Shown here: piece by piece, positions 9,451 to 18,228 of the stretch
Numbering within the stretch: the stretch's first letter is position 1
How the letters are laid out: each line of letters begins with the position of its first letter
NCBI GenBank assembly: GCA_001695645.1
Contig: LVZN01000067.1
Span: 30,001 to 62,000 of the forward strand
Direction: 5' to 3'
DNA from: Erysipelotrichaceae bacterium MTC7
Lineage (GTDB): Bacteria; Bacillota_I; Bacilli_A; Erysipelotrichales; Erysipelotrichaceae
Length of the DNA stretch: 32,000 nucleotides
Made by a program: the position numbers and the translations under genes
The notes under the pieces: model-generated
Told to the model about the DNA's origin: nothing
The model's database searches: none
Seen by the model: the letters and a program-made list of their open reading frames with translations, nothing else

Positions 9451-10268
9451 ATCGGTAATTTGGTTTCCATCATAATCTTTGTACGATACTTGTTAGGGTC
9501 CTGCTGGTTTAGTCGACTGTACAAGTAATCTTCATAAACGTAAGTCCCTAAAGGAATGTTGTGTTCTTTTGCATAGGATAATAAATTGTTATAGGTAATG
9601 TGCAAACTATCGTAATCACCTTGATGTACGACAGTTAACATCATCATTTCTTTACGCTGGGTTGTTACTCCTTTAATGACTTTGTTTGCCTCCGTATAAA
9701 GAAAGGCGGGTGTATTAAAATCTTTTGCGTAAAGTTTTTCGATACTCATTACATATTTAACGTTTTTTTGAATCACCAACATATGTTTGTTTGCATAGGT
9801 CTGAAAGTTTATAAGCGACAAGGTTAAATCTTTTTCTTTTCCATGCTTAATGGGATAACTTAAGATCATGTTCTTTTTTGGATAATATTCAAGGGTGATT
9901 TGATTAGGGTTTGCTTGCAAACCTTCTTTTGTGTTGGTTTTAAAGCGATGGACCATTTGTGATATCGCTTTAAGTTCATCCATTTGCATTTGAATTTCTT
10001 TCTCTTTTTCTTCTAACAGCGAAATGAAGATTTCAGGTGAGCGTTGTTCTAGGTACAATTTGATGTCTTCCAACGACATATTCATCTTTTGTAAACATTT
10101 AATCATTTCAAATGTATCAAATTGACGATAGGTATAATAACGGTATCCGTTTTCTTTGGTATAAACAGGTGAAAACAGTCCAATTTCATCATAATAGAAG
10201 AGCACGTGTTTTTCGACACCACACAGTTTTGCAAACTCTCCAGAAGTTAAATACGTATTATTTTTCAC
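9441..10268 (-). CDS. MerR-family transcriptional regulator with a C-terminal GyrI-like domain (BmrR-type multidrug sensor)
   Basis: N-terminal MerR winged HTH ([45 protein letters not shown]), a coiled-coil linker, and an effector domain of about 150 aa. It is divergent from the ABC exporter pair. Confidence 0.87.
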   Translation of the reverse strand: MKNNTYLTSGEFAKLCGVEKHVLFYYDEIGLFSPVYTKENGYRYYTYRQFDTFEMIKCLQKMNMSLEDIKLYLEQRSPEIFISLLEEKEKEIQMQMDELKAISQMVHRFKTNTKEGLQANPNQITLEYYPKKNMILSYPIKHGKEKDLTLSLINFQTYANKHMLVIQKNVKYVMSIEKLYAKDFNTPAFLYTEANKVIKGVTTQRKEMMMLTVVHQGDYDSLHITYNNLLSYAKEHNIPLGTYVYEDYLYSRLNQQDPNKYRTKIMMETKLPIIK

Positions 10269-10285
10269 TTTCTTTCTCCTTTGTG

Positions 10286-10316
10286 TTGACTATAAGGTTA
10301 CCTTATAGTTTAGTAT
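10286..10316 (+). promoter_or_regulatory. MerR-type promoter with a 19-bp spacer containing a 19-bp perfect palindrome operator
   Basis: TTGACT (10286-10291), a 19-nt spacer, then TAGTAT (10311-10316). The palindrome CTATAAGGT-t-ACCTTATAG (10290-10308) fills the spacer. This is the classic over-long-spacer architecture of MerR-activated promoters. Confidence 0.75.
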
Positions 10317-10350
10317 ATTTTAGATTGAGAGTTTTTACAAGAGGTGAAGT

Positions 10351-12081
10351 ATGAAGTTTTTATGGAAATATTTACGAAGGTATAGTTGGATACTTGTTTT
10401 GAACTTTGTGGGAATTGCAGGGTTTATTATTGCAGAATTAGGTATTCCATCAATTGTTGCCCAGATCGTTGATAAGGGAATACGTAATCAAGATGTGGCG
10501 GTGATGAAAACCATGTTGGTTTACTTGGTTATTATAGCCATTTGTGGAGGAATTGGACGTGTCATTCTTTCTTTTTGTGGTGCCCGTATGTCAAGTTATG
10601 TTGTACGTGATATCCGTAATGATATTTTTAAGAAAACACAAACGTATTCACCAAGAGAATATAATCAATTTGGGGTTTCAAGTATGATTACGAGAACCAA
10701 CCCCGATGCCTATATGTTGATGCAATTTACAAATATGTTAATGCGTACGGGTTTACTTACACCGGTTATGATTGTTGCGAGTTTCTTTATGGTGATTAAA
10801 ACCAGTCAAAACTTAGCAATGGTGATCATTGGTAGTTTACCAATTATTATCTTTTCAATTTACTTGATTGCTAAAGCAAGTGGTCCACTTTCAAGAAAAC
10901 AACAAAAGGAAATGGACAACTTAAACCGTATCACTAGGGAAAATATTACGGGAGTTCGTGTTATTCGTGCATTTAGAAAAAACAAGTATGAAGAGAACCG
11001 TTTTAGCAATACAAGTGAAGACTACACAAATGTCGCTAAAAAATTGTTTAAATTGATGGCAATTGGACAACCATTGTTCTTCTTTATTTTGAACAGTGCA
11101 GGGTTGTTTATTTATTGGTTAGGGGCAAACCTAATCGATGCGGGAAGTCTGCAAGTTGGACAGTTGATGGCATTTGGTGAATATATGTTCCATGCCTTAT
11201 TCTCACTTATGCTATTCTCGAATATGTTTATGATGTATCCACGGGCAAAAGTAAGTGCAGACCGTATTGAAGAAATGCTTAATGTGCAAGTTGCAATCGA
11301 AAACCCATTACAACCAATTTACGAAGGAAAAGAAGATACAACACTTGTCTTTGACCAAGTGAGTTTTCAATATCCAGATGGAGAATTACCAGTGCTGCAA
11401 AACATTAGCTTTGAAGCCCATAAAGGACAAACCATTGCCTTTATTGGAAGTACAGGAAGTGGAAAAAGTACACTGATTAATTTAATTCCACGATTTTACG
11501 ATGTAAGTGCCGGAAACATTAAAGTAGATGGTGTTGATGTGCGGAAATACGATTTAAAAACGCTTCGTCAAAAAATTGGGTTCATTCCACAAAAAGCATT
11601 GTTGTTCTCAGGAACGATAAAAGAAAACATTAAGTATGGAAAACACGATGCAAGTGAAGCTGAAGTTGTCGCTTCATCGAAAGTTGCAAACGCATATGAA
11701 TTTATTCAAGATAAACCACAACAGTTTGAAGATTGCATTGCGGAAAGTGGAACCAATGTCTCTGGGGGACAACGTCAACGCTTGTCCATTGCAAGGGCGG
11801 TGGTTAGAAAACCCGAAATCTATATCTTTGACGATTCATTTTCTGCACTGGATTTTAAAACGGATGCAGAAGTAAGAAAGAACTTGATGCGCGAAACTGA
11901 GGATGCAATTACCTTAATTGTTGCCCAACGCGTTAGTTCCATTATGAATGCCGATCAAATCATTGTTTTGAACAATGGTACGATTGTCGGAAAAGGAACG
12001 CATCGAGAATTATTACATTCGTGCGAAATCTACCAAGAAATCGCGAAAAGTCAGTTAAGTGAAAAGGAGTTGCAACTATGA
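10351..12081 (+). CDS. ABC exporter half-transporter (TMD-NBD), subunit 1 of a heterodimer; carries non-canonical catalytic residues
   Basis: Six-TM type I exporter domain. Walker A is GSTGSGKST and the signature VSGGQRQRLSIARA. Walker B is IYIFDDSFSALD, with Asp (GAT 11833-11835) where the catalytic Glu is expected, and the switch region is VAQRVSS (Gln instead of His). Confidence 0.92.
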   Translation: MKFLWKYLRRYSWILVLNFVGIAGFIIAELGIPSIVAQIVDKGIRNQDVAVMKTMLVYLVIIAICGGIGRVILSFCGARMSSYVVRDIRNDIFKKTQTYSPREYNQFGVSSMITRTNPDAYMLMQFTNMLMRTGLLTPVMIVASFFMVIKTSQNLAMVIIGSLPIIIFSIYLIAKASGPLSRKQQKEMDNLNRITRENITGVRVIRAFRKNKYEENRFSNTSEDYTNVAKKLFKLMAIGQPLFFFILNSAGLFIYWLGANLIDAGSLQVGQLMAFGEYMFHALFSLMLFSNMFMMYPRAKVSADRIEEMLNVQVAIENPLQPIYEGKEDTTLVFDQVSFQYPDGELPVLQNISFEAHKGQTIAFIGSTGSGKSTLINLIPRFYDVSAGNIKVDGVDVRKYDLKTLRQKIGFIPQKALLFSGTIKENIKYGKHDASEAEVVASSKVANAYEFIQDKPQQFEDCIAESGTNVSGGQRQRLSIARAVVRKPEIYIFDDSFSALDFKTDAEVRKNLMRETEDAITLIVAQRVSSIMNADQIIVLNNGTIVGKGTHRELLHSCEIYQEIAKSQLSEKELQL

Positions 12082-13829
12082 AACAATTAAAACAAATTTT
12101 AAATGATTTAAAGCCGTTTATTGCTCCATTTAGAAAGTTTTTCATCTTCTCACTTTTCTTTATTGTGCTTGCTTCTGTAATGACAGTTGTTGCACCTTAT
12201 GTAGAAGGGATGATTACAACATACTTGCTTGGTGTAGTTAGTAAAAACGGAACGATTGATTTTCAATATATTTTACAGTTAATTGCCTTATTACTTGGAA
12301 TTTATATTACGGGTTCAGGAAGTCGTATTTTGTATCAGTTTATTCTTACAGAAGCCATTCAAAATATGATGAAAGATTTACGTCAAGCGATCAATGTCAA
12401 AATCCACAAACTTCCAGTTTCTTATTTTGATAAACATACAACGGGTGATTTAATGAGTCGTATGGCTAGTGATGTTGAAACGGTGAGTAATGCACTTCAA
12501 CAAAGCCTTGCGGTCTTTGTATCGAGTATTTTGATGTTGTCTTTTGCGATTGCTGCAATGTATGCCATCAATATAAAATTGGCACTCATCGTGAGTTTGA
12601 TTCTTCCGTTTACCTTTGTATATGGGAAATTTATTATTAAAAAATCACAACCGCGATATCAGAACTTGCAAAATGCACTTGGAGATCTCAATGGGGTCAT
12701 TCAAGAAAAATACAGTGGCTATAAAGAAATTATGCTTTTTGATAAACAAGAAGATGCGATTGAAGAGTTCATGGCAGTCAATCAAAATCTTTGTAATCAA
12801 AGTTTTATGTCACAATTTGTAAGTGGGATGTTAACACCAGGAATTAACCTAGTGACCTACCTATGTATTGGTATTGTTATTTATTTGGGTGGTCTTGATG
12901 TTCTAGCTGGCTTGATGCTAGTAGGACAACTACAGGCGTTTATTCGTTACATTTGGCAAGTTGCTGATCCGTTAAACCAAATGAGTGACTTAATTCAAAT
13001 CTTACAAGCAGCAGTTGCTTCGCTTGTTCGTATCTTTGAAGTTTTAGATGCGCAAGAAGAATTGCCAGATAGCAAGGCACCAAAAACAATCGCAAATGTT
13101 TGCGGCTCTGTCCAAATGAAAGATGTTGCCTTTGGCTACACAAAAGATAATATCTTATTGCATGATCTTTCGGTGGATATTAAGTCTGGACAAATGGTTG
13201 CAATCGTGGGTCCTACCGGAGTAGGAAAAACAACCTTGATAAACTTATTGATGCGTTTCTATGATGTCAGTGCAGGAGCAATATGCATCGATGGCGTAGA
13301 TATTCGTGATTTGGCACGAGATGACTTACGCAGTATGTTTGGAATGGTCCTACAAGATACTTGGTTATTCAAAGGAACCATTAAAGAAAACATCGCTTAT
13401 GGTGTGGATCATGCTAGTGATGAACAAATTGAAGAAGCTGCAAAAATCGCTAATGCCCATCACTTTATTCGTACTTTACCTGATGGGTATAACATGGTTA
13501 TCAACGAGGAGGGAAATAACATTTCTCAAGGTGAAAAACAGTTGTTAACCATTGCACGTGCTATTGTTGCTAATCCAAAAATTATGATTCTTGATGAAGC
13601 GACAAGTTCGGTAGATACACGTCTAGAACAAATGTTGCAGGAAGCAATGTCAAAAATTATGGAAGGTCGAACAAGTTTTGTTATTGCCCACCGCTTATCA
13701 ACCATCAAAAATGCAGATGTGATTTTAGTAATGAGAGACGGAAATATTGTCGAGCAAGGAAACCACGAAACACTACTTGCACAAAATGGTTATTACGAAC
13801 AATTGTACAATGCACAATTTGCTGAATAA
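12078..13829 (+). CDS. ABC exporter half-transporter (TMD-NBD), subunit 2 of a heterodimer; degenerate signature motif
   Basis: ATGA overlap with subunit 1. Walker A is GPTGVGKTT, Walker B is canonical (IMILDEATSSVD) and the H-loop is IAHRLST, but the signature is ISQGEKQLLTIARA rather than LSGGQ. Confidence 0.92.
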   Translation: MKQLKQILNDLKPFIAPFRKFFIFSLFFIVLASVMTVVAPYVEGMITTYLLGVVSKNGTIDFQYILQLIALLLGIYITGSGSRILYQFILTEAIQNMMKDLRQAINVKIHKLPVSYFDKHTTGDLMSRMASDVETVSNALQQSLAVFVSSILMLSFAIAAMYAINIKLALIVSLILPFTFVYGKFIIKKSQPRYQNLQNALGDLNGVIQEKYSGYKEIMLFDKQEDAIEEFMAVNQNLCNQSFMSQFVSGMLTPGINLVTYLCIGIVIYLGGLDVLAGLMLVGQLQAFIRYIWQVADPLNQMSDLIQILQAAVASLVRIFEVLDAQEELPDSKAPKTIANVCGSVQMKDVAFGYTKDNILLHDLSVDIKSGQMVAIVGPTGVGKTTLINLLMRFYDVSAGAICIDGVDIRDLARDDLRSMFGMVLQDTWLFKGTIKENIAYGVDHASDEQIEEAAKIANAHHFIRTLPDGYNMVINEEGNNISQGEKQLLTIARAIVANPKIMILDEATSSVDTRLEQMLQEAMSKIMEGRTSFVIAHRLSTIKNADVILVMRDGNIVEQGNHETLLAQNGYYEQLYNAQFAE

Positions 13830-13835
13830 GAAAAC

Positions 13836-13873
13836 AAGGATTTGGTGATTTAACCAAATCCTTATCTTTTTTT
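13836..13873 (+). terminator. Intrinsic terminator of the ABC exporter operon
   Basis: AAGGATTTGGT-gattta-ACCAAATCCTT is a perfect 11-bp stem followed by a T7 run. Confidence 0.85.
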
Positions 13874-13948
13874 GTTGTGATGGCTTACGTCACGTTGACA
13901 TTGATGTAATTTGTTGATTAAATTAAAAATACATAGGGAGAATGAACG

Positions 13949-14449
13949 ATGATAGAAATACTTAAATGTGATACAAATGATGTAACATTATTAGCAAGTT
14001 TAGCAAAAGAGATATGGAGTCAACATTTCTTACCAATTATTGGCGAAGAACAAGTTGCCTACATGCTAGAACACTTTCAAAACGAACAAGCGATGCTTCG
14101 TCAAATGAAAGAAGAAGACTATACCTACTTTAAAGTGATTGATGGTGAGCCAATTGGGTATATTGCAGTTGTGTTTAAGGAAGGTGAAGATTCCTTTCTC
14201 AGTAAGTTTTACTTAAAGGAAAGTGCACGTGGAAAAGGTTATGGTCGCTTTGCTTTAAAATTTATTGAACTGTTAGCTCGAGAACATGGTTCAACTGGTC
14301 TTTGGTTAACTTGCAATAAAGATAATGCATTGACCATCGCAAAATACAAAAAGATGGGCTTTGAAATCTTCGAAGAAGCTGTGAATGATATCGGAAATGG
14401 ATTTGTCATGGACGATTATTACATGCGAAAAGACATTGTAAAAAAATAG
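13949..14449 (+). CDS. GNAT-family N-acetyltransferase
   Basis: 166 aa with acetyl-CoA motif A (ARGKGYGRFALKFIELLA) and ...NALTIAKYKKMGFEI. SD TAGGGAG is upstream. A candidate promoter (TTGACA 13895-13900, 17 nt, TTAAAT) is present. Confidence 0.85.
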   Translation: MIEILKCDTNDVTLLASLAKEIWSQHFLPIIGEEQVAYMLEHFQNEQAMLRQMKEEDYTYFKVIDGEPIGYIAVVFKEGEDSFLSKFYLKESARGKGYGRFALKFIELLAREHGSTGLWLTCNKDNALTIAKYKKMGFEIFEEAVNDIGNGFVMDDYYMRKDIVKK

Positions 14450-14450
14450 A

Positions 14451-14479
14451 GAGTATTCCAAAAGGAATATTCTTTTTTT
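14451..14479 (+). terminator. Intrinsic terminator after the GNAT gene
   Basis: GAGTATTCC-aaaa-GGAATATTC is a 9-bp stem with one G-U pair, followed by T7. Confidence 0.75.
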
Positions 14480-14505
14480 GTGACATGAATGTTGTTTCAT
14501 AATAT
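14478..14505 (+). promoter_or_regulatory. Promoter of the polymerase/YolD operon (TTGTGA-16 nt-TAATAT) with an inverted repeat in the spacer
   Basis: The spacer contains ATGAAtgttgtTTCAT (14485-14500), i.e. GAA-N6-TTC. This is the spacing of the Firmicute LexA (Cheo) box GAAC-N4-GTTC, but with T at both the C and G positions. Confidence 0.45.
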
Positions 14506-14539
14506 AGTAAAATAGACACAAGAAGAAAGGAACATAGAT

Positions 14540-16042
14540 ATGCAAAAAACGTACATTGCCATTGATTTAAAATCATTCTATGCTTCTGTTGAATGCATGG
14601 AAAGACATGTGAATCCACTTACAACAAATTTGGTTGTTGCCGATAATAGTCGCACCGAAAAAACAATTTGTTTAGCTGTTTCGCCATCTTTGAAATTGTA
14701 TGGTGTTCCTGGGCGACCAAGATTGTTTGAAGTCAATCAAATGATCCGTGATCTCAATAAAAAACGATTGCAGTACGCTCCTAATAAAACATTTGTTGAT
14801 GATAGTTTTGATTATCAGTTTTTAGCAAGTCATCCAGACTACAAAATTGATTTTATCGTTGCGCCCCCGCAAATGGCAAAGTACATTGAAATCAGTTCAA
14901 CGATTTATGAAACATATTTAACTTTTGTTTCCAAGGATGATATTCATGTCTATTCGATTGATGAGGTGTTTATCGATGTCACACCGTATTTAGATACCTA
15001 CCAGATGAGTGCGCATGAGCTAACACTAAAGATGGTGCAAGCGGTCTTTAAACGAACAGGAATTACGGCAACTGCTGGTATTGGAACCAATTTATATTTA
15101 GCAAAGGTTGCCATGGACATTGTCGCCAAACACATTGAACCAGATGAAGATGGAGTGCGTATTGCCCAACTTGATGAGTATAGTTATCGCGAACTGTTAT
15201 GGAATCATCGACCATTGATAGATTTTTGGCGTGTAGGCAGAGGATACAGCAAAAAACTAGAAGCACATGGGATGTTCACGATGGGTGATGTTGCACGTTG
15301 TTCTTTAGAGAATGAAGAACTATTGTATCGTTTGTTTGGAATTAATGCAGAATTGTTGATTGATCATGCCTGGGGAATTGAACCTTGTACGATGCAAGCT
15401 ATCAAAAACTATAAACCAAACAATCATAGTTTTGGTGCAGGACAAGTGTTACATGCTCCGTATCCTTGGCATAAAGCCCGTATCATTGTCAAAGAGATGG
15501 GTGAAGCGCTCGCACTTGATATGTTAGAGAAACAACTTGTCACCAACAAAATTGTATTGTCTGTTGGTTATGATAAAGAAAGTTTAAACATCCCAGAAAT
15601 TCGAGATCGTTACGATGGTCCTGTGACAACTGACTATTACGGACGTAGTGTACCAAAAGGTGCACATGGTACTCACAACTTAGAACAACTTACATCCTCG
15701 GCAACAAAGCTAGTAGAAGGTTTGCTTGTCTTGTTTGATAAGATTACCAATAAAGGTTTGTTTATTCGAAGAATTTCGATGTCGTTTGCAACCTATCCTG
15801 AAGGAACGACACTCAAACCTAAAAAACAAGTGGATCAATTAGATTTATTTACCGACTATGAAGCCATTGATAAACAAAAACAAGAGGAAGCAAAATACTT
15901 AGAAAAAGAACGTAAGGAACAAGAAGCGCTATTAAAAATCAAACAAAAGTTTGGCAAAAATGCAGTTTTAAAAGCAACCAGCTTGCTTGAAGGTGCAACA
16001 GCAAAAGAAAGAAACAATCAAATTGGAGGACATAAGAAATGA
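14540..16042 (+). CDS. Y-family (translesion) DNA polymerase, UvrX/YqjW/UmuC-like
   Basis: The N-terminus IAIDLKSFYASVECMERHVNPLTTNLVVAD and SIDEVFIDVT (catalytic acidic residues) plus TATAGIGTNLYLAKVAMD are typical of the Y-family palm/fingers. A 500-aa form with a K/E-rich tail. Confidence 0.9.
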   Translation: MQKTYIAIDLKSFYASVECMERHVNPLTTNLVVADNSRTEKTICLAVSPSLKLYGVPGRPRLFEVNQMIRDLNKKRLQYAPNKTFVDDSFDYQFLASHPDYKIDFIVAPPQMAKYIEISSTIYETYLTFVSKDDIHVYSIDEVFIDVTPYLDTYQMSAHELTLKMVQAVFKRTGITATAGIGTNLYLAKVAMDIVAKHIEPDEDGVRIAQLDEYSYRELLWNHRPLIDFWRVGRGYSKKLEAHGMFTMGDVARCSLENEELLYRLFGINAELLIDHAWGIEPCTMQAIKNYKPNNHSFGAGQVLHAPYPWHKARIIVKEMGEALALDMLEKQLVTNKIVLSVGYDKESLNIPEIRDRYDGPVTTDYYGRSVPKGAHGTHNLEQLTSSATKLVEGLLVLFDKITNKGLFIRRISMSFATYPEGTTLKPKKQVDQLDLFTDYEAIDKQKQEEAKYLEKERKEQEALLKIKQKFGKNAVLKATSLLEGATAKERNNQIGGHKK

Positions 16043-16479
16043 GTAACAATCATGATGTTATGAAAACTTACGGTGATATCATCCACTTGTCTCGTCCTGT
16101 CTCAACAAAACATAAACCCATGACGATTGCCAATCGTGCTGCTCAGTTTGCACCATTTGCGGCATTAACTGGATACGATCAAGCGCTTATTGAAAAGGCA
16201 AGATTAACTGATCAAAGACCATTGTTATCAGAGGAAGAAAAGCAAAATATCAATAACGTGCTTCACGAAATCTTTGATCAGATTCGGAAACAACCCGATG
16301 TACGGGTTATGTATTTTGAACCAGATGCGAAAAAGGAAGGTGGAAAAATCATCACCTTACATAGTTTTGCAGTGAAGATGAGTATTGATGAAAGATATCT
16401 CATGGTAGAAAACAAACAGCGAATTTCTATTGATGACATTCTAGATGTACAAATCTTAGAGGCAAAGGAAACGAGGTAG
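16039..16479 (+). CDS. yolD: YolD-like protein (accessory partner of Y-family polymerases)
   Basis: ATGA overlap with the polymerase gene. The motif RAAQFAPFAALTGYD is characteristic of the YolD-like family, and the size is 146 aa. Confidence 0.75.
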   Translation: MSNNHDVMKTYGDIIHLSRPVSTKHKPMTIANRAAQFAPFAALTGYDQALIEKARLTDQRPLLSEEEKQNINNVLHEIFDQIRKQPDVRVMYFEPDAKKEGGKIITLHSFAVKMSIDERYLMVENKQRISIDDILDVQILEAKETR

Positions 16480-16526
16480 ACATTTTCATTTAATGAATGG
16501 ATACGCTCTATTTACAAGCGAAAACG

Positions 16527-16535
16527 TGATATACT
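16527..16535 (+). promoter_or_regulatory. Extended -10 element (TGaTATACT) placed so that the predicted TSS coincides with the hemW ATG
   Basis: TGATATACT is at 16527-16535. The hemW ATG begins at 16542, exactly 7 nt after the hexamer, and no SD-like purine tract is present in between. Confidence 0.35.
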
Positions 16536-16541
16536 ACGTAT

Positions 16542-17669
16542 ATGATTGAAGCATTATATATTCATATTCCTTTTTGTGAGAATATTTGTTATTACTGTGA
16601 TTTTAAACGTAGTGTTTACAACCAAGAGGTTGTTGATGCATTTTTATTACAGCTTGATAAAGAAATGACAACACGTATTCTAAACAAAGGACTACAAACA
16701 ATTTATATTGGTGGAGGAACACCGACGTGTTTACATGAAACACAACTAGAAAAGTTGTTGCAAATCATACAACCCTATACACATACAGTTGTCGAATATA
16801 CCATTGAATCAAATTTGGAATCCATTTCTAATGAAAAACTAGAGTTACTAAAAGCATATGGTATCAATCGGATATCTTTAGGTGTACAGTCTTATGATGA
16901 TGACTTACTGCGCTACATGAACCGTAAACATAAAGCAGCAGACATTGATGCTACGATTGCGAGAATCGCTTCGTATATATCCAACATCTCCATCGACCTT
17001 ATTTATGGCTTTGAAAACCAAAGTAAGGAAATATGGCTTGATTCCTTAAAAAAAGCAACAAGCAATCCAAACATCAAGCATATTTCTATGTATTCACTAA
17101 CCATTGAAGAAAACAGTGTATTTGGCAAACAAGGAGTTCAACCCATTGATGGTGATATTGAAGCAGATATGTACATCCTAGGTCGTGAGTACTTAAAAAG
17201 CCATGGTTTTGAACACTATGAAATTGCAAATTATGCAAGAGCAGGTTATGAATCAAAGCACAACCAAGTATATTGGGCGTATGATGATTTCTATGGTGTG
17301 GGTTTAGGAGCCAGTGGAAAAGATGATCATGTGCGTTATGCAATTACCGGTAATGTAGAACAATATATAAAAGATGGGGGAGAGCTGTTTAAAGAACAGT
17401 TATCTGAAAAAGACATTTTAATTGAATACTTAATGATGAACTTGCGAACAAAAAAGGGTATTGATAAAACGAAATTCAAACAGAAGTTTAAACGTAATTT
17501 TGATGATTTGTTTGATGATGCCATCGAACGCCTTGTGCTCCATCATCAAGCCATGAATACACCAACGAATTTTACGATGAGTGAGGATGGAATGTTGTTG
17601 CTACATACACATTTGGTGCAATTTATGGAAGTGATAGATATCATTATGGAGGATGAACAAGATGTTTGA
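16542..17669 (+). CDS. hemW: Radical SAM family heme chaperone HemW / HemN-like (coproporphyrinogen III oxidase-like) protein
   Basis: LYIHIPFCENICYYCDF (CxxxCxxC radical SAM cluster) is at the extreme N-terminus. Also present are GGGTP, ISLGVQS and a C-terminal HemN_C-like region. 375 aa. Confidence 0.9.
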   Translation: MIEALYIHIPFCENICYYCDFKRSVYNQEVVDAFLLQLDKEMTTRILNKGLQTIYIGGGTPTCLHETQLEKLLQIIQPYTHTVVEYTIESNLESISNEKLELLKAYGINRISLGVQSYDDDLLRYMNRKHKAADIDATIARIASYISNISIDLIYGFENQSKEIWLDSLKKATSNPNIKHISMYSLTIEENSVFGKQGVQPIDGDIEADMYILGREYLKSHGFEHYEIANYARAGYESKHNQVYWAYDDFYGVGLGASGKDDHVRYAITGNVEQYIKDGGELFKEQLSEKDILIEYLMMNLRTKKGIDKTKFKQKFKRNFDDLFDDAIERLVLHHQAMNTPTNFTMSEDGMLLLHTHLVQFMEVIDIIMEDEQDV

Positions 17670-18195
17670 AAAAACCTTAGAAACAAAAACAGTCTATAAA
17701 GGTAAAATCCTTGATGTTAGTGTCTCAAAAATTGAATTACCTGATGGACGTACAAGCACACGTGAAGTTGCTCATAACAGTGGTGGTGTTTGTGTATTAG
17801 CACTTGATGAACAAGAAAACATCATTCTTGTTAAACAATTCCGGTATCCTTCACAAGAAGAACTTTATGAACTTGCTGGTGGTAAACACGATGCAAATGA
17901 AACACATGAAGAAACGGGGATGCGAGAACTTTTGGAGGAAACAGGGTATGTATCCAATGAAGTACAGTATTTAGGATATATCTATCCAACAGTTGCTTAT
18001 GGTGATGAAGTCATTCATATGGTACTGGCAAGAAACTGTACGTATCGCAAACAAGCATTGGATCCAGGAGAGTTTGTCAGCGTTGAGACATTCTCGCTTG
18101 ATCAAGTTCTTCATATGATTGAAACCAACGAAATTAAAGATGGAAAGACAATTGTGGCTGTCTTAAAGTATATGCAATTTATTCGTCACAAGTAA
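17653..18195 (+). CDS. Nudix hydrolase (ADP-ribose pyrophosphatase-like)
   Basis: Nudix box GGKHDANETHEETGMRELLEETG. 180 aa. It overlaps the hemW 3' end by 17 nt. Confidence 0.88.
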   Translation: MNKMFEKTLETKTVYKGKILDVSVSKIELPDGRTSTREVAHNSGGVCVLALDEQENIILVKQFRYPSQEELYELAGGKHDANETHEETGMRELLEETGYVSNEVQYLGYIYPTVAYGDEVIHMVLARNCTYRKQALDPGEFVSVETFSLDQVLHMIETNEIKDGKTIVAVLKYMQFIRHK

Positions 18196-18228
18196 AAAAA
18201 CGATTCTCGATGAAGAACCGTTTTTTTT
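18194..18228. terminator. Probable bidirectional terminator between the Nudix and trkH genes
   Basis: A7-CGATTCT-cgatga-AGAACCG-T8 is an imperfect stem with one mismatch, flanked by A and T runs. Confidence 0.5.
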
